Shown piece by piece: positions 1 through 17,149 of a stretch of DNA of 64,000 nucleotides. Each line of letters starts with the position of its first letter. Positions within the stretch are counted from its first letter, which is position 1. The notes beneath the pieces were generated by a model. It saw only the letters and a program-made list of their open reading frames with translations. It was not told the DNA's origin and did no database searches. Position numbers and translations under genes: made by a program. This DNA comes from Penicillus capitatus (lineage: Eukaryota; Plantae; Chlorophyta). Location: assembly GCA_965649825.1 (NCBI GenBank), contig OZ287694.1:743197-807196 (forward strand). The letters are read 5' to 3'.

Positions 1-3000
1 CTCTCCATAGTTTCTCAATTCCATTCATGAGGATATTTTGCTTGACAGCTTCCTCAAAGCTGGAGAGGGGGTTATCCAGTAATATGATGTCGGCATTGGA
101 GTAGAATGCCCTGGCCAAAGCAATGTGTTCCTTTTGACTTCTAGAAATCTTGATCCCCTGCTCTCCAAGGAGAGTCCCATCTCCCCAAGAGAGGTTTTGC
201 AGAACTTGACGCATATCTGCTCTTCGAAGGGCCATCAAATAACGCATTCGATCGAAATCCTGTCCGAAAAGAATGTTCTCTCGGATAGTGGCGTCCAGAA
301 TGAAAGGGGATTGAGCGACGAAGGCAACCCGGCCTTGGATGACTGAAGGCGAGCCAGATACACGCTGAGTCAATCCGATGATGCTCGATAGAAGGGATGT
401 TTTCCCAGACCCACTCGGTCCGAAGATTCCGGTCACCGAACCTGAAGGAATCTGTACGTCCAAATTCTGCAGGCATGATGGTTCCGAATCTAGATTCCAA
501 GCAAACTCTCCTTTCAAATGCACAGCCAAGTCCCCTGCAGAACAGTTACAATATTGGCGGGGTCACGGCAGCTCCAGTTCACCTGATGGCGAGTTATCTT
601 CCTTTTCGTTTTCACAGTACTCTTCGGCGTTCAGGAAATCTTCGAGGGGTGTAATAATCTTCTTCATCTAGAAAAGAAGTCCATGGGAGTTTGTCTGTGC
701 AGAAGAATGCGTGCCTTTCTTAAACGGGTCGTTATTTCATATAGCGTCTTTCCGACGGGAAAGAGTTCTTCCATCACGGTGTCATATGTGAACCACTGCG
801 AGATGTCGATGCTCTTTCTCTGTAGAGATGAGAGAAGAAACAGTGAGGCGACCATGATCCAATATAAACCATCCTCGAGTAAGGATTTTCCAACGAATAT
901 ACAAGTATTCCTGGATGACAGACACCACGGCATAGCGATGTGACAAAGAAATACGTTTCAGTCGTACATGAGGAGAGCGATCCACGTTTTGTTTTTGACA
1001 GCAGGTGTCTGTCGCTCCATTGGCTGCTCCCATCCATGACACTTGACAGAGTATATTCCTGAAATAGATGGATGCCCACATCGGCAACATGATACAGATA
1101 CAGACCTGAGATAAGATCCTTTTCCCATTGAGCACGCTTATCCAGTGCTATTTTTCGATCGTCTGGTTTGTTGTCTTGTTTATCATCGTCTTCTTCGGTT
1201 TCTGTGTCCGGAATAGGAATGGCTATGAGACAGATAATGGCAATTGCGACGATGCCCAAGAACACTCCGAGGGCGACTCTTCCCAACTCTTGATAAATGA
1301 TCCAGGACCCGATACCCACATCCACGGGGACGGCAATAATGAATGGCAGGAATTGAATGAATGACTTCAATCGGAGGCTCTCTATCAGAATAAGATTCCT
1401 GATGTGTTCGTCAGAAAACTTGAGACGCTCGGTTGAGGCAAGTAGAAGTGCTTTCCTATGAATCTCCGCCTTCAACATTGATGTGACTTGGCACCCAACT
1501 CGTTCTGTCACTTGTTCGGAATGGCGTTTGGCAAGCTTCATTATGAAGGTGAAAAGGAATAAAAGTACGGCAAGGCTTATGGGTTTTTCGAGCCAATGTA
1601 TAATACCCTCTGACGTGAGCCAATGTATAATACCCTCTGACGAATCCTCATCCGCCTCGTTTTGCTCCATATCGTCCATATCCACATAGTTCACCATGTC
1701 ACTGTAAGTTTCCGGAGGCAAAAAAGATTCTGGTTCATGATCGTCATCATCGTCGTCATCGTCGTCATCGTCATGATCGTCATAATCGTCATAATCGTCA
1801 TAATCGTCATCATTTCCTATTGCATCATAGATGTACACCACAATCCATAGCTGCGCAAGTTTCATCCCAGCTTCGATTAACCGAAGTACGACAGCCTTGG
1901 AGAAGTCTTGAACGGAAAGTAAACAAGAGAAGAACTTACCCAGAGGATTTGCCAACGCACTATCCTGAACAAGATCATCAGCAGGCCTCTCTTGGCCGGA
2001 GTGCGATTGTCGAGATTGCTCTCATCGGATGACGTTGACTGCCACCTTGATCGAAATTGTTGCCGAAGAGTGTTGACTTGATCTTTGATGTCCAACTGCC
2101 AGATGCCTTTCATTTGAATGGGTTTATCAACAGCGGAATTCAAAAACGGCCAAATCCAAAAGAAACCAAGACGCGAGAGGAAGCCTGATTTGGTATCAGG
2201 CATAGTCGTGCTTTCTTCCTCTGGATTGCCATCAGTATCCGATCCTTCCAAGGGCTAGAAGCACTACGTTAGATGCGACGAGAAGAGCAGAAATATTCTG
2301 TAAACTTCATAAGTGTGCTGGGGGTCGAGGATGAGATGATCAGCTGCTGGAATCTGGCTCAGAGCAAAGATGGTCAAAAAGAACTGACAAAGGGCAGAAA
2401 GCATAAACCCGAAGTACAATGCATCGATCTTTGTCAAATATGGATTTAGGACGAAACCCGTCTTGGTCAGGTGCCCTGAATCAAATCGCATTCTGTATTG
2501 GCATGTTAAAAAAGTTTGCTTGCCAACGAATGCCAGACAGAGAGAGAAGCGGACGGTCCAGAGCCCGTTCCATACGAAGTGACGCGTTTCGAGATAGAGG
2601 ACAGTGACTGCAAGGGGCCAGAAGACAATGGCCATAAGATGACCTACAATTCACTCATCGAGATCGCAGACTACTGGCAATGACGTACTGAGATATTCAT
2701 ATGGGGCAGGTGCGACATTACCGCTGTATAGAACATGGTAACTGCAGAGCCGAGTAACAGATACGACAGTGGAAAGTGTCCAACAAATTGAACTCATGAT
2801 CACTGCCGTCCTAAAATCAGTCTCACTCACAAAGCATTAGCCGAAGCTGTTCGCATACCATTGGTATCTCTTTGAAAATTTAGAAAGGCGGTATCTATCG
2901 GATTCGCGTTTTGTGAGTTTGGAGATGTGTCGAATGATGAATACGATACCCATGAAGTGACACAAAACTACGAGGTCGCGTTAAGCACTGATCCAACAAG

Positions 3001-3124
3001 GAGGAAACAATACCGTCTTACCTGCCACAAAGCTATCAACGACGCAAGGTGTCATTTTCCCGCAAACCTCAGCAAAATACTCACGCATCCTTTCGTCGCC
3101 GCAGTAATGATTCGTTTTCCCCAT
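1..3124 (-). CDS. ABCC/MRP-type ABC transporter paralogue A, 5' part only (runs off the window start); multi-exon
   Basis: Spliced translation starts MGKTNHYCGDERMREYFAEVCGKMTPCVVDSF (TMD0 start resembling plant MRP1/2). TMD1 lies in ORFs 1877-2251 and 774-1955. NBD1 (nt 1-470, minus strand) reads GPSGSGKTSLL...ISRSQKEHIALARAFYSNADIILLDNPLS. Confidence 0.9.
1590..1643. repeat. 27-bp in-frame tandem duplication (2 copies) inside ABCC paralogue A
   Basis: gagccaatgtataataccctctgacg(t/a) occurs twice, giving SEGIIHWLT-SEGIIHWLE. Confidence 0.95.
1738..1812. repeat. Low-complexity (tcg/tca)n tract encoding an Asp/Tyr-rich run
   Basis: Encodes DDDYDDYDDYDDHDDDDDDDDDDD on the minus strand. Confidence 0.9.
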
Positions 3125-4154
3125 CTCCGCCAGTCACGCTACAAACAGTATCCAGTTGAATAGGCGTGGGAGATTCGGCAACGAAAGAGATTCTCACATT
3201 TAAAACCACCAGGAAATCAAGTAAAGCAAAGGCGACGAGCGGGTTACGACTGCGTGTGTTGCACCTGTCGTGTAGGATTGATTATATGTTTGATTTTGAA
3301 AATTGTAACTCTGCCATCGTAGGTAGTTAGGTCTGTGATAACCTCCTGGCGAGGTGGCGTCAAGTTCGCAAGATCATCATTATTTAACGCTGATCATTAA
3401 CGGAAGAAGAGGTTCTGGAAATACCACCACAAGACGCGTGGAACAGGGGAAAGAGTCCCGATGCTCGTAAACATTTCTTCTTACTCAATGGGCCAAATAA
3501 AATAGCAGATACTGGATAGCGCTGAAAGGTTTTAGACATTCTAAGAGGAACACTGGTCGAGAAGCAAAACAGAAAGAAGCTTCTCGGAAAGCTCCTTGAC
3601 TGTTCCGCATTATATGGCGCGGTGTCCAAGCGCTGTCCATTAGACAAACCCACAAAACGGCCACATGAGGATCAACCATCAAAGACGCGCATGACCTTCG
3701 TTTTCGTATAAAGATGTTGAGACGCGCTTGTGTTTTCACGTGTCTTATCTGACATACTTATCTAACATGCGCACTTAGGATCTGTGTTCGCTCGCCTGAT
3801 CACACGATTGCCTCACTTTAGCCGCATTCGTTTTTTAGGTTTGTACCTACGGCATCAAAGATGACAGAGACTGATCAAACATCGCCGACATCCAAACCCT
3901 ACCAGAAGTCCACGTTTCTGTGACACTGCCTCTCTCACAGCTTTTCTGCACACGATACACATCTAACTTCTCAACAACGAATCAAAAAAAGATCGCTTTC
4001 GAGTTCAAAGAGTGATGTCTTAGATTCAAGGAGAGCGCCGAGATATTTGCGGCTGTCTCATCTAAATCAGCGATTTGTTACGTGTCATTTCGCTCGGCTT
4101 AATCGGTACGCATATCGAGCGCATATCGAGTGAGTGCTTTTGCCGCATGCATTC

Positions 4155-9402
<5,248 letters not shown>

Positions 9403-9568
9403 ATCTGTGCACGACGGTTTGGAGAACAGGCAAGAACTACGAGCAAATGTGAATGTCTTTCGACCGGTTGGCGTCTGTCGATACATGCACGCCACGACGT
9501 GACGGCGCTTCGTGGCTGTCACGTCATCTGCCCGTTTCGTTCGCGATGTGACGTTCAGCCATCAGGCC

Positions 9569-9934
9569 ATGCTCAGCGATGTATTTTAAGCCATAGCGAT
9601 GTAGGGAGATGTGATGATTTTAAGATATGTCTTCTGTCAATATCTGCTAGCAGTTGAGCATTAACGACATCCGACTCTTCTCGGCACACGGTGCGCCTGT
9701 GGACCTCAGCTGTCGTCTCTAGGCTTGCCGCTTAACGGATCGCGTGCCGTTCTCGAAGAACGTCTCTCCAAAGAGATTCAACGCCAGACGCGTGACGCGT
9801 GGCGATGGGAGACATTGCCCCAATGCTCGTCGCCTGTATCGACTGTGGGCGCCGCCACACCTCACTCGTGGTGCACTCTATGGAGCTGCGTTCTTTCACC
9901 AAGGAGAAGTCCATCTCGTCTTATCGTTTTTTGA
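9569..9934 (+). CDS. Possible small SAP-motif protein
   Basis: Putative splicing gives LSINDIRLFSAHGLPLNGSRAVLEERL, which resembles the SAP consensus GL..sG.K..L.eRL. Boundaries are uncertain. Confidence 0.35.
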
Positions 9935-10182
9935 GACGACTCCAGAGAGCTGTCCGCGGTCAGTGCTCTTTTCGATCAAAGCGACGCGTCTTACAGACTC
10001 GATCTGCCAGATGCACTTCGAAACCTCGATATCTCAGAGTTCTCCTCGACGATCCTATCAAAGATCGACATCCTGACGCAAGCCATTCAGCTGTTGACAA
10101 CTGTCGACCCTTGACCCTTTGTATTAACGACTCTCGTTTCCAAAAATCGCCTCACATTGAACGCGCGCTTGTGTGTAATAAT

Positions 10183-10645
10183 ATGGACGACGATAGCGCG
10201 CCGTTTGAAGTGCTGAAAGAGACGGTGTATGAGAACACGTATATTACATCGCCGCGCGGACACGGTGACCAACACGTTTGCCAACGTCACAAGATCCGAC
10301 ACGTCGTTCAGAGCCTCATTCACACACGCGTCGAAGGTGTCTCCCCGTGGCGTCTTCTTCAGGGAAGCACGACGTTCTTTGCCCTCAGGCCAGCCATACG
10401 ATCCGGTCAAAGGCGCCCAGGTGTCAAAGCAATTGGCTGATGACGTAAAGGAGCAGGTCAAAGCGCTGGGCTACGATCGCTACAAACTCATTGTCGAGGT
10501 CACGCTCGGGCAGAAACGCGGCCAAGCGATGCGCATCGCCTCACGTTGTCTGTGGAACACGGACACCGACACGTTCATCTCCGAGATGCACGAGGGCGAA
10601 GATGTCTACTGCTGCATCCAAGTCTACGCACTGTACCATGAATAG
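10183..10645 (+). CDS. TCTEX1D2: Tctex1-family dynein light chain (Tctex2b/TCTEX1D2-like, IFT dynein)
   Basis: VYENTYITSPRG...YDPVKGAQVSKQLADDVKEQVKALGYDRYKLIVEVTLGQKRGQAMRIASRCLWNTDTD...QVYALYHE; one intron at 10337-10388. Confidence 0.88.
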
Positions 10646-10707
10646 GGGGCAATTGTTAAAGGAGGACGGGGTCTGTCGTGAATGTACTGGACGGAGTGTT
10701 TGCTCCT

Positions 10708-12930
10708 TTAGACGGTGGCTTGAAACATTCGAACGAAAGCGACGACGATGGCGCCTGTGCCTTCGCCCAATACGAGGCCGCTCGCGACGACGACCATCAG
10801 CGAAGCGTGCGTCGTCGGACGATGCCGTTTCCAGAATTGTTCGGCGAGACTGCCGAGGAGTCGCGGGATCGTGTACTTGGGTCCCACATACATACCCACG
10901 GCAAAGCCGATACCACTCGGGAGAAAAGACGCCAGAGAATGTCCATGTTGCCACTGCTCCGTGGCGACGACGACTGCCGTTGCCGCAGCAAAGATCGCGG
11001 CAAAGATACCGACCTTATCCGGTAACGCGCCGCCATTGAAAAGACGTGCCATATCGAGCCAGATCTCGGCAGAAGGAACAGGCAACTCCTCGCCCGGAAC
11101 ATCCCATGCCGTGGTGTAGAGAACGTAGACGCCGACAGAGATGAAAACGGAGGCGAAGGAGCCGATGATCTGCGCGAAGAATTGCGGACGCGGCGGGACA
11201 CCTGATGCAAAACGCCCGTCAAGCGTCGGCTGGCTAAAGTCGTGGAGTGTCTCACCAACTAGGTGCGCTGTCTTGAAGTCTTGCATCATGTCGCCTGCCT
11301 GGATGGCGCCTGCTTCGGCAATGGCGCCTGCAATGACATTGGCGACGACATTTCCTGGCGCCACGATGGCAAAGACGATCTGTCACGGAAGAAGGCGATG
11401 AGATGTCGTTATATAGTATGTCGCCGATCGTCCTACTTGGGAGATCTTGCCGACGCCGCTGGCGGGATTGAGATCCGTTTCGCCCATTGCCCTTACGGCG
11501 AGGATCGAGACAAAAGCGGCAACCGCGACGGCGACAATGGGCTGATAGAACGGCATCGAAAACATAGGCGAAACGATGACCGTGCAGATACCTATCGACA
11601 CAATGGGCGATGGACAGCCCTGCATCTCATATGGATCGCCACACCTGTTGACAGCAAGAGACCAATGATCCACCACGAACGAGGCACCCCATTGCGCTCC
11701 TCGATATACGTCCTGTCTCGCCTGTCTCTCCTCCGGCGATTCGCTGTCTTGACTCCCAACAGGACGAGCGAAGTGACACTGTCGGTCAACATGATGGCGA
11801 GGGACACCCATAGCACCCAACCTATGGCACGTGGTCTGTCGGATGTGACCTGAGGCGATCCAGACCTTTGGCGCCGTTTTCCATGTTATCGATCGGTCCC
11901 GGTGCCCATCCTCTGTGACGTGCCACGGGGCCTAGTAGAGCGAATCCTGTCAAGGCGCCGCCAAGCATGGAGAGACATGTCCGAGGGCCCATGATCATTC
12001 CTTGGCCAATGTATCCGGGGGACGGATACAGAACCCATCCCCATTTCGACGGTGTCGACCATCCCAGCCAAGACCAAATGGGAAAAGACGTCAAGACCTC
12101 ATCTCCATCCACCGTCACCATCTCTCCCACAATCTTGTAAAGGAACGCAAGGGCGAAGGTGGACAGGAGCACGAGAAGAGATGCTGTCCATTCGGCTGAC
12201 ACGGAGATGCCGTTGGAGGAGGTGGGAGAGATCTCGTGATCGCCGCCCTCTTGTGCGATGACGATGCGACAGTGGGCACCAGACATGACATCGTCCTCTT
12301 CCTTCTTGTCGATGAGCAGCTCTTCGGAACTGCCAGACGCATCGAGGTCGTCCACTCTACTGTAGATGGGCCGGCTTTCCGTTTGGTGCATGAGTTGGAT
12401 GACTTTGGCTGTGGCGGCGCCGGATGGAAAAGGCAGCTTCTCTCGCAGAATCGTCTGCGTTCGGAGAGGAACGGCAACGAAGGCGCCAAAGAATGCCACA
12501 GCAAAGGTCCAGAGCATGAGGTTCTGAGTGGATAGGATGAGCGGCCCTTCCGGTGGACGATCGTCGACGGTGAGCATACCAAGGGCAGGGATCACACTGA
12601 CCAATCCAGCCGTTAATGGAATCATGGCCACAGCGACGGATGTTGTCTGAATGATCACATTTTCAGCCACGGTGAATCCTCTGCCCAACCCACAGCGCTG
12701 CAGCGCCTTGAAGGTACCAAATCCAAGCAAAGCCGATTGAATACTGCCCATGGTGACCCACCTGCAGATGACCCCCTCGGCACGGGCGACGGAAACAGCG
12801 TCGAGTGCTACCCCGATTGCAGGCCGAAGTACATATTGGAGCAACACATGATGAGACCGACGCCAAGGCCGACACCAAGCGAACGTAGGGTGAAACCGGA
12901 GCGCGAGCGGCGTGGTCGTGGCAACATCAT
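10708..12930 (-). CDS. OPT/YSL-family oligopeptide or metal-chelate transporter
   Basis: FTLRSLGVGLGVGLIMCCSNMYFGLQSGW...AENVIIQT...FFGAFVAVPLRTQTILREKLPFPSGAATA...GETDLNPASGVGKISQ...AGDMMQDFKTAHL...ASGLVLGEG. Confidence 0.92.
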
Positions 12931-12996
12931 TGACGGACACTTATTCTTCTCATTACACTAAATTTATTCCCATCTCTCCCTATCGCAGGACTCACT

Positions 12997-13505
12997 CACA
13001 ACTCTCTTATTGCTGCCATCGAGTTCTTCAACTCTTTTTGTTCGCCGTCTGCATATACATCGAGGACAGGATGTACGCTGACGTGCAGATCTGGCTTGGC
13101 AACGCATTGTCGAAAAAGAGCAAGAGATGTATATCTCAAGGCGTCACTCTTCCCGTGCGTCTGTCAGCCATGATCCTGTCTGTATCAATTTCGTGACGCC
13201 TTTATCGGGGATGATCTTCGAGGGTGACGGTCTCAGAAATGTCTTCCGTCGAATGACGGCCGTCTGCGCTCTGCATCTTGCGGTCGCGTATGGGACGGGT
13301 CGTAATTTTTGCGTATGAGATACGGAACATCAAAACAGTCCACGGGTGGATGGTTTAACCCAATGACACTCCATTGATCATCGACCAACTGCACCACATG
13401 TTCGTTGGCGTTCTTCCTGAAGCTGTGGGACGTGACCTTGTTATCGGCGTATGATATCGAGGTGGTCCATGTCTCAGCAGCGCCATCGTTTGTTGGAAGA
13501 CGCAT
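12997..13505 (-). CDS. Possible small hypothetical gene
   Basis: Protein-like minus-strand segments (WTTSISYADNKVTSHSF...PYLIRKNYDP; DLHVSVHPVLDVYADGEQKELKNSM). No recognisable family and exon joins are unresolved. Confidence 0.25.
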
Positions 13506-13670
13506 ACAATGCGTCGTTGCATGAATACGAATCCACTATCGTGACGGTGACTGTTCTGTCCGTAGTCACTCAGGTGACCGTATCTGCACCTCCGCCCACT
13601 AGAAGACACGTTTAAATGGCGATGCGCTTGAGCAAAGAGACATTACGAATGCTAAGACCGCGAGATGCTG

Positions 13671-13913
13671 TAGAACGTCGCCCGTTCACCGCGGCAACCA
13701 CCGTTGGCACGTCCCTGGCCGAGAATGGCCATCCGCACCCAACAGAACACCACTTCCGTGGTTCTCGTCCGCGAAGACGTTGCGCACCACGAGGTGCCGG
13801 AGAACGTTGCGCGTCCATTGCGGCAACCACCGTCAGTACGTCCCTGGCCGAGAATGGCAATCCGTACCCAATAGGACACCACTGCCGTGATTCTCGTCCG
13901 TAAAGACGTTGCG
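13671..13913. repeat. 129-bp direct tandem repeat (~1.9 copies)
   Basis: gcggcaaccaccg...gtccctggccgagaatggc...ttctcgtccg..aagacgttgcg starts at 13691 and again at 13820. Confidence 0.9.
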
Positions 13914-14232
13914 TGATGAGAGGACCGTGCTGCTCCCATGATGGAGAGACAGACACGGTCGCTCTCTCACGGGCAGGGTCGAGAACAAACAGGTGGCGAC
14001 GGACCGCCAGACGACGAAAGCACCGATCCAGCATGCGCACGGCATTAAATACCCTGGCGGTTGTTGACCGAACGCAGCGGTTGTCCGGAGGATGGAGAGC
14101 TTGCGTCGCAGTTCGTAGGGACGACGTGACGGCTAAACAGGTCATGACGCGATAGCGACAGTCATCGAGAAAAGAGAAAGAATTTGACCAGAGCTGTGGC
14201 CGGACGCGTCACGTCCAATACCAATCGCCGAA

Positions 14233-14351
14233 GAAGAAAACGCGATTCCTAGCCCTACGGTCTCCTCTCGAGAAAAACAACGCGATTCCTAGCACTACGG
14301 TTTCCTCTCGAGAAGAAAACGCGATTCCTGGCGCAACGGTCTCTGCTGAGA
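14233..14351. repeat. 39-40-bp minisatellite (3 copies)
   Basis: cgcgattcct core at 14241, 14281 and 14320; unit is approximately gaagaaaacgcgattcctagccctacggtctcctctcga. Confidence 0.92.
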
Positions 14352-14464
14352 AAAAAATCTTCTACACACAAAAACGAATGCTTCTCGGAAATCGTCCAGA
14401 AACTGTTGGGGCAGCTATCCTGCAGATCAAGAATGCTTTTCGTACAACGAGCAGTGCGATTCGA

Positions 14465-15388
14465 TCAGCCATGCCGAGGCATCCTTCTGAAAGGCATGCT
14501 GTCATGGATAGGTGCTTCGCACATGTGAGGGGTGGCTGACCGGGAATGCACTTCGCAAAAGACAGCCGTTCCCGTCCACAGTTCTCGAGTCGGTGACGTC
14601 GGACACTTCTCTGCCGCCGGATGCGGTCTCCACGGAAATAGCGATGTCTCCATGAGCGATGGCGAGGGCAGTTTGGCACACGTCTTCCACGAAGTGCATG
14701 CCTTTTCAGCCATCCTTCGATCTTCTATCGACCATTTCTGCAGTCTTAACGTCGTCTTATGCACCGATCTTCTTTTCTTATCTGACGCTGGGCTTTGTGG
14801 CGGCGTTGTTGGGTGCGAGACATCGCCGTGGCGTTTTGGCCGCACACGGATCTTCAGCTTTGAGTTTCGAAAGAAGGTCACCTCTCCTTCCATCTCACGA
14901 TCCGACACTGTACCTCCCCTCTGCCGATCTTCCTCACTCCATACCGTATGTGTGGCTGACATCATTGCCACTCGACTCTGTTCTAGAGTGAGCTGACCAC
15001 AGAGCACGATCTCGCGTTGCATCTCTTCCAGATCCTTGCGCTCGACGGGTGGTAGGTGCTTGGGAAGGGGATATGTCGTGACGTCTGTCCCATTGGCTCC
15101 GCGACGTGTTCGCGGCGTCCAAAAGGCGTCGGCTATCGTCGACGTCGCGTCTTCGTCGTCGTCTGTGAAAAGGATGAAGGGCAGAGACGACCATGATGAC
15201 GCTGCCGAGGTGCTCCATGCGTCGCTCTGTGTGTCATGCGCAACATCGCTGGCACTCTTCCAATCCATGACGTCTTCCCATCCGTCGGACCACATCTCGA
15301 ATACTATGTTCTCACGCGATGGCCAACCGCCAAACAACGCACGTTTCCGGAAGATGACGCTCATCATCTTGTCCGTAGACGGAAGCAT
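14465..15388 (-). CDS. Hypothetical protein (single long ORF, Trp-rich N-terminus, acidic patch)
   Basis: ~310-codon open frame; first ATG at 15388; no family recognised. Confidence 0.4.
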   Translation of the reverse strand: MLPSTDKMMSVIFRKRALFGGWPSRENIVFEMWSDGWEDVMDWKSASDVAHDTQSDAWSTSAASSWSSLPFILFTDDDEDATSTIADAFWTPRTRRGANGTDVTTYPLPKHLPPVERKDLEEMQREIVLCGQLTLEQSRVAMMSATHTVWSEEDRQRGGTVSDREMEGEVTFFRNSKLKIRVRPKRHGDVSHPTTPPQSPASDKKRRSVHKTTLRLQKWSIEDRRMAEKACTSWKTCAKLPSPSLMETSLFPWRPHPAAEKCPTSPTRELWTGTAVFCEVHSRSATPHMCEAPIHDSMPFRRMPRHG

Positions 15389-15504
15389 TACAGATTGCCA
15401 CGGTCCGATAGGACGTCCCCTTTCTGTCACAGAGAATGTGGGTGGAGCTATATAGGAGACAGATCACAGCTCATCGGTATCCGCAAGTGAAGAACATCGA
15501 CAGG

Positions 15505-16053
15505 TCATTTCTCGGTCTGACCAGGAATACTGAAATGGACCTTAAGAACGACACGGCCGCTGGAGAAGGTGTCCACCGATCCTTGGAACTCCATGATGCG
15601 ATAGGCGTCGGGGAAGATGCCTTCGGATTCAAAGAGCCGTTGAACCTGAAGGGGAACGATCCCTGTCGAAGAGGGAACGCGAGGATGACGCCACGCACCT
15701 CTTGTCGAACGAGGTCGGGATCGCGATCCGCATTCCACGAATTGGCATCTCCCCAGGCATAGGCGCAACAGCAGCACAGGGTCGCCCAGATGTTGTAGAA
15801 GAACCAGAAGCAGCAACGTTCCTTGATGAGGATGTGCGTCTGGATGCGCTTCTGAAGGACAGGTGGCAGGGCATAGGTGCCGCCGACGAGCTGCACCGCG
15901 CACCGTGTCGGTGTGAGAGCGAGCGAGAGGGGAATCTACCCGTGCCATTGTCTTTCCTCCGGGAAAGTGTTCGTACTCGGAGGCACTGAGCGCCAGAGAC
16001 GGTTCGAAGAACATGACGGCCTTTTCGTTGACCTTTACATCGAAGGACGCCAT
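15505..16053 (-). CDS. Cys-rich 148-aa hypothetical protein, copy 1 (3 exons)
   Basis: Introns of 49 and 53 nt give an intact frame (447 nt coding). Contains ERCCFWFFYNIWATLCCCCAYAW. Differences from copy 2 are mostly synonymous or intronic, including a 1-nt indel confined to intron 2. Confidence 0.85.
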   Translation of the reverse strand: MASFDVKVNEKAVMFFEPSLALSASEYEHFPGGKTMARVDSPLARSHTDTVRGAARRRHLCPATCPSEAHPDAHPHQGTLLLLVLLQHLGDPVLLLRLCLGRCQFVECGSRSRPRSTRGAWRHPRVPSSTGIVPLQVQRLFESEGIFPDAYRIMEFQGSVDTFSSGRVVLKVHFSIPGQTEK

Positions 16054-16095
16054 TTCGCCGATGCGTGCGATGACGGATTCCTTGAATGATAAAGA

Positions 16096-16138
16096 GTCCG
16101 TCCGTCCGTCCGTCCGTCCGTCCGTCCGTCCGTCCGTC
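16096..16138. repeat. (GTCC)n microsatellite, ~11 units, in the bidirectional promoter region
   Basis: Directly visible; absent from the homologous position of the second module copy. Confidence 0.97.
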
Positions 16139-16245
16139 GGGTGACGCGACTTGGTGACAATGAGGTATAAATGCATCGATTCGGGCACGATGTTGCTGCG
16201 TGTCAAGTCACTTCTGCTTTTTGCGTTCTGTTGCGTTGGAGTAAC

Positions 16246-16602
16246 ATGGTTCAGCTTCAAATCGCCGTCCGTAGTATGGACAACAAGACGTATCATCTCA
16301 ACGTCGAAGATTCGGACACGATAAAGAGCTTAAAAGAAAAGCTCGCCGAGAAAACGGGTACCGTCTTTTGTCGCTCCGCAGAAAAATGTATGAAGCACGT
16401 TTGCCGATTTCAGGCATCGCCGCCGCGACACAACGCCTCGTCTTTGGCCCAGGAATGCTCAGAGACAACAAAACTGTCCAAGAGTGTGGCATCTACCAAG
16501 GTCATTCGGACGGTTCGATTGTCGTGCTTTAACATGAAGAATGTTTGAGTAGATTGTACAATACAGTTGGTCACCCGCAGCGTTGGAGGGTGCTGCATGT
16601 AA
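16246..16602 (+). CDS. Ubiquitin-like protein copy 1 (82 aa, C-terminus VGGCCM)
   Basis: Introns at 16358-16413 and 16501-16552. MVQLQIAVRSMDNKTYHLNVEDSDTIKSLKEKLAEKTGIAAATQRLVFGPGMLRDNKTVQECGIYQDCTIQLVTRSVGGCCM aligns without gaps to ubiquitin. Confidence 0.92.
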
Positions 16603-17149
16603 GTATGCCCAGACCCTCTAAAGATGTCAGCATTCAGAAGAAGCAACCGCCGGCAGCAATCTATCACGACGATTTCGATTAGAATTTGGGACCTTTACAT
16701 GTTTTCGACGATATCTGTGTCGTGTGTCAAAAATTGTGAACGATTTCTTTGCCCTCTGGCTTTAAACAAAAGGCCTATGCGGCGGTTTTAGGACATCGTC
16801 TGCGCTGTTGATTCGGTCGGTAACGGAGCGCGGTTTAAAGGGGCGTATGGGTCTTCTAATAGTGGCGAGTATGTTCACGCTGTCATATCCTCAGACGGAG
16901 ATGCATCGAATGCAGGAAACTCAGACAACTCCTGCTACATGATCATATTTGACCACCACTCTTTCAGAAACAGATCAGATTTAAAGATGACATTGTTAAC
17001 TTGGTTTGTAAAGGACTTATCCCAATTAGAATCACCGATAACATCTAGGTACGCCATCTGGTGTCACATTTTCATTAAAACATAAAGCTTTCGTCGACAA
17101 AAAAGGCGGCGCGCATCATATAAAGCAGTAAGGTAAAGACATCGCAAAC

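Noticed and set aside
13612-14145. Ankyrin-like repeats in the minus-strand translation of the 129-bp repeat (W..GC.W...AA.NG)
   Set aside because: The 43-aa period and the motif spacing do not fit ankyrin repeats, and differences between copies do not favour a coding frame.
14233-14351. CRISPR-like array
   Set aside because: The units are contiguous degenerate tandem copies with no unique spacers, there are no cas genes, and the context is eukaryotic.
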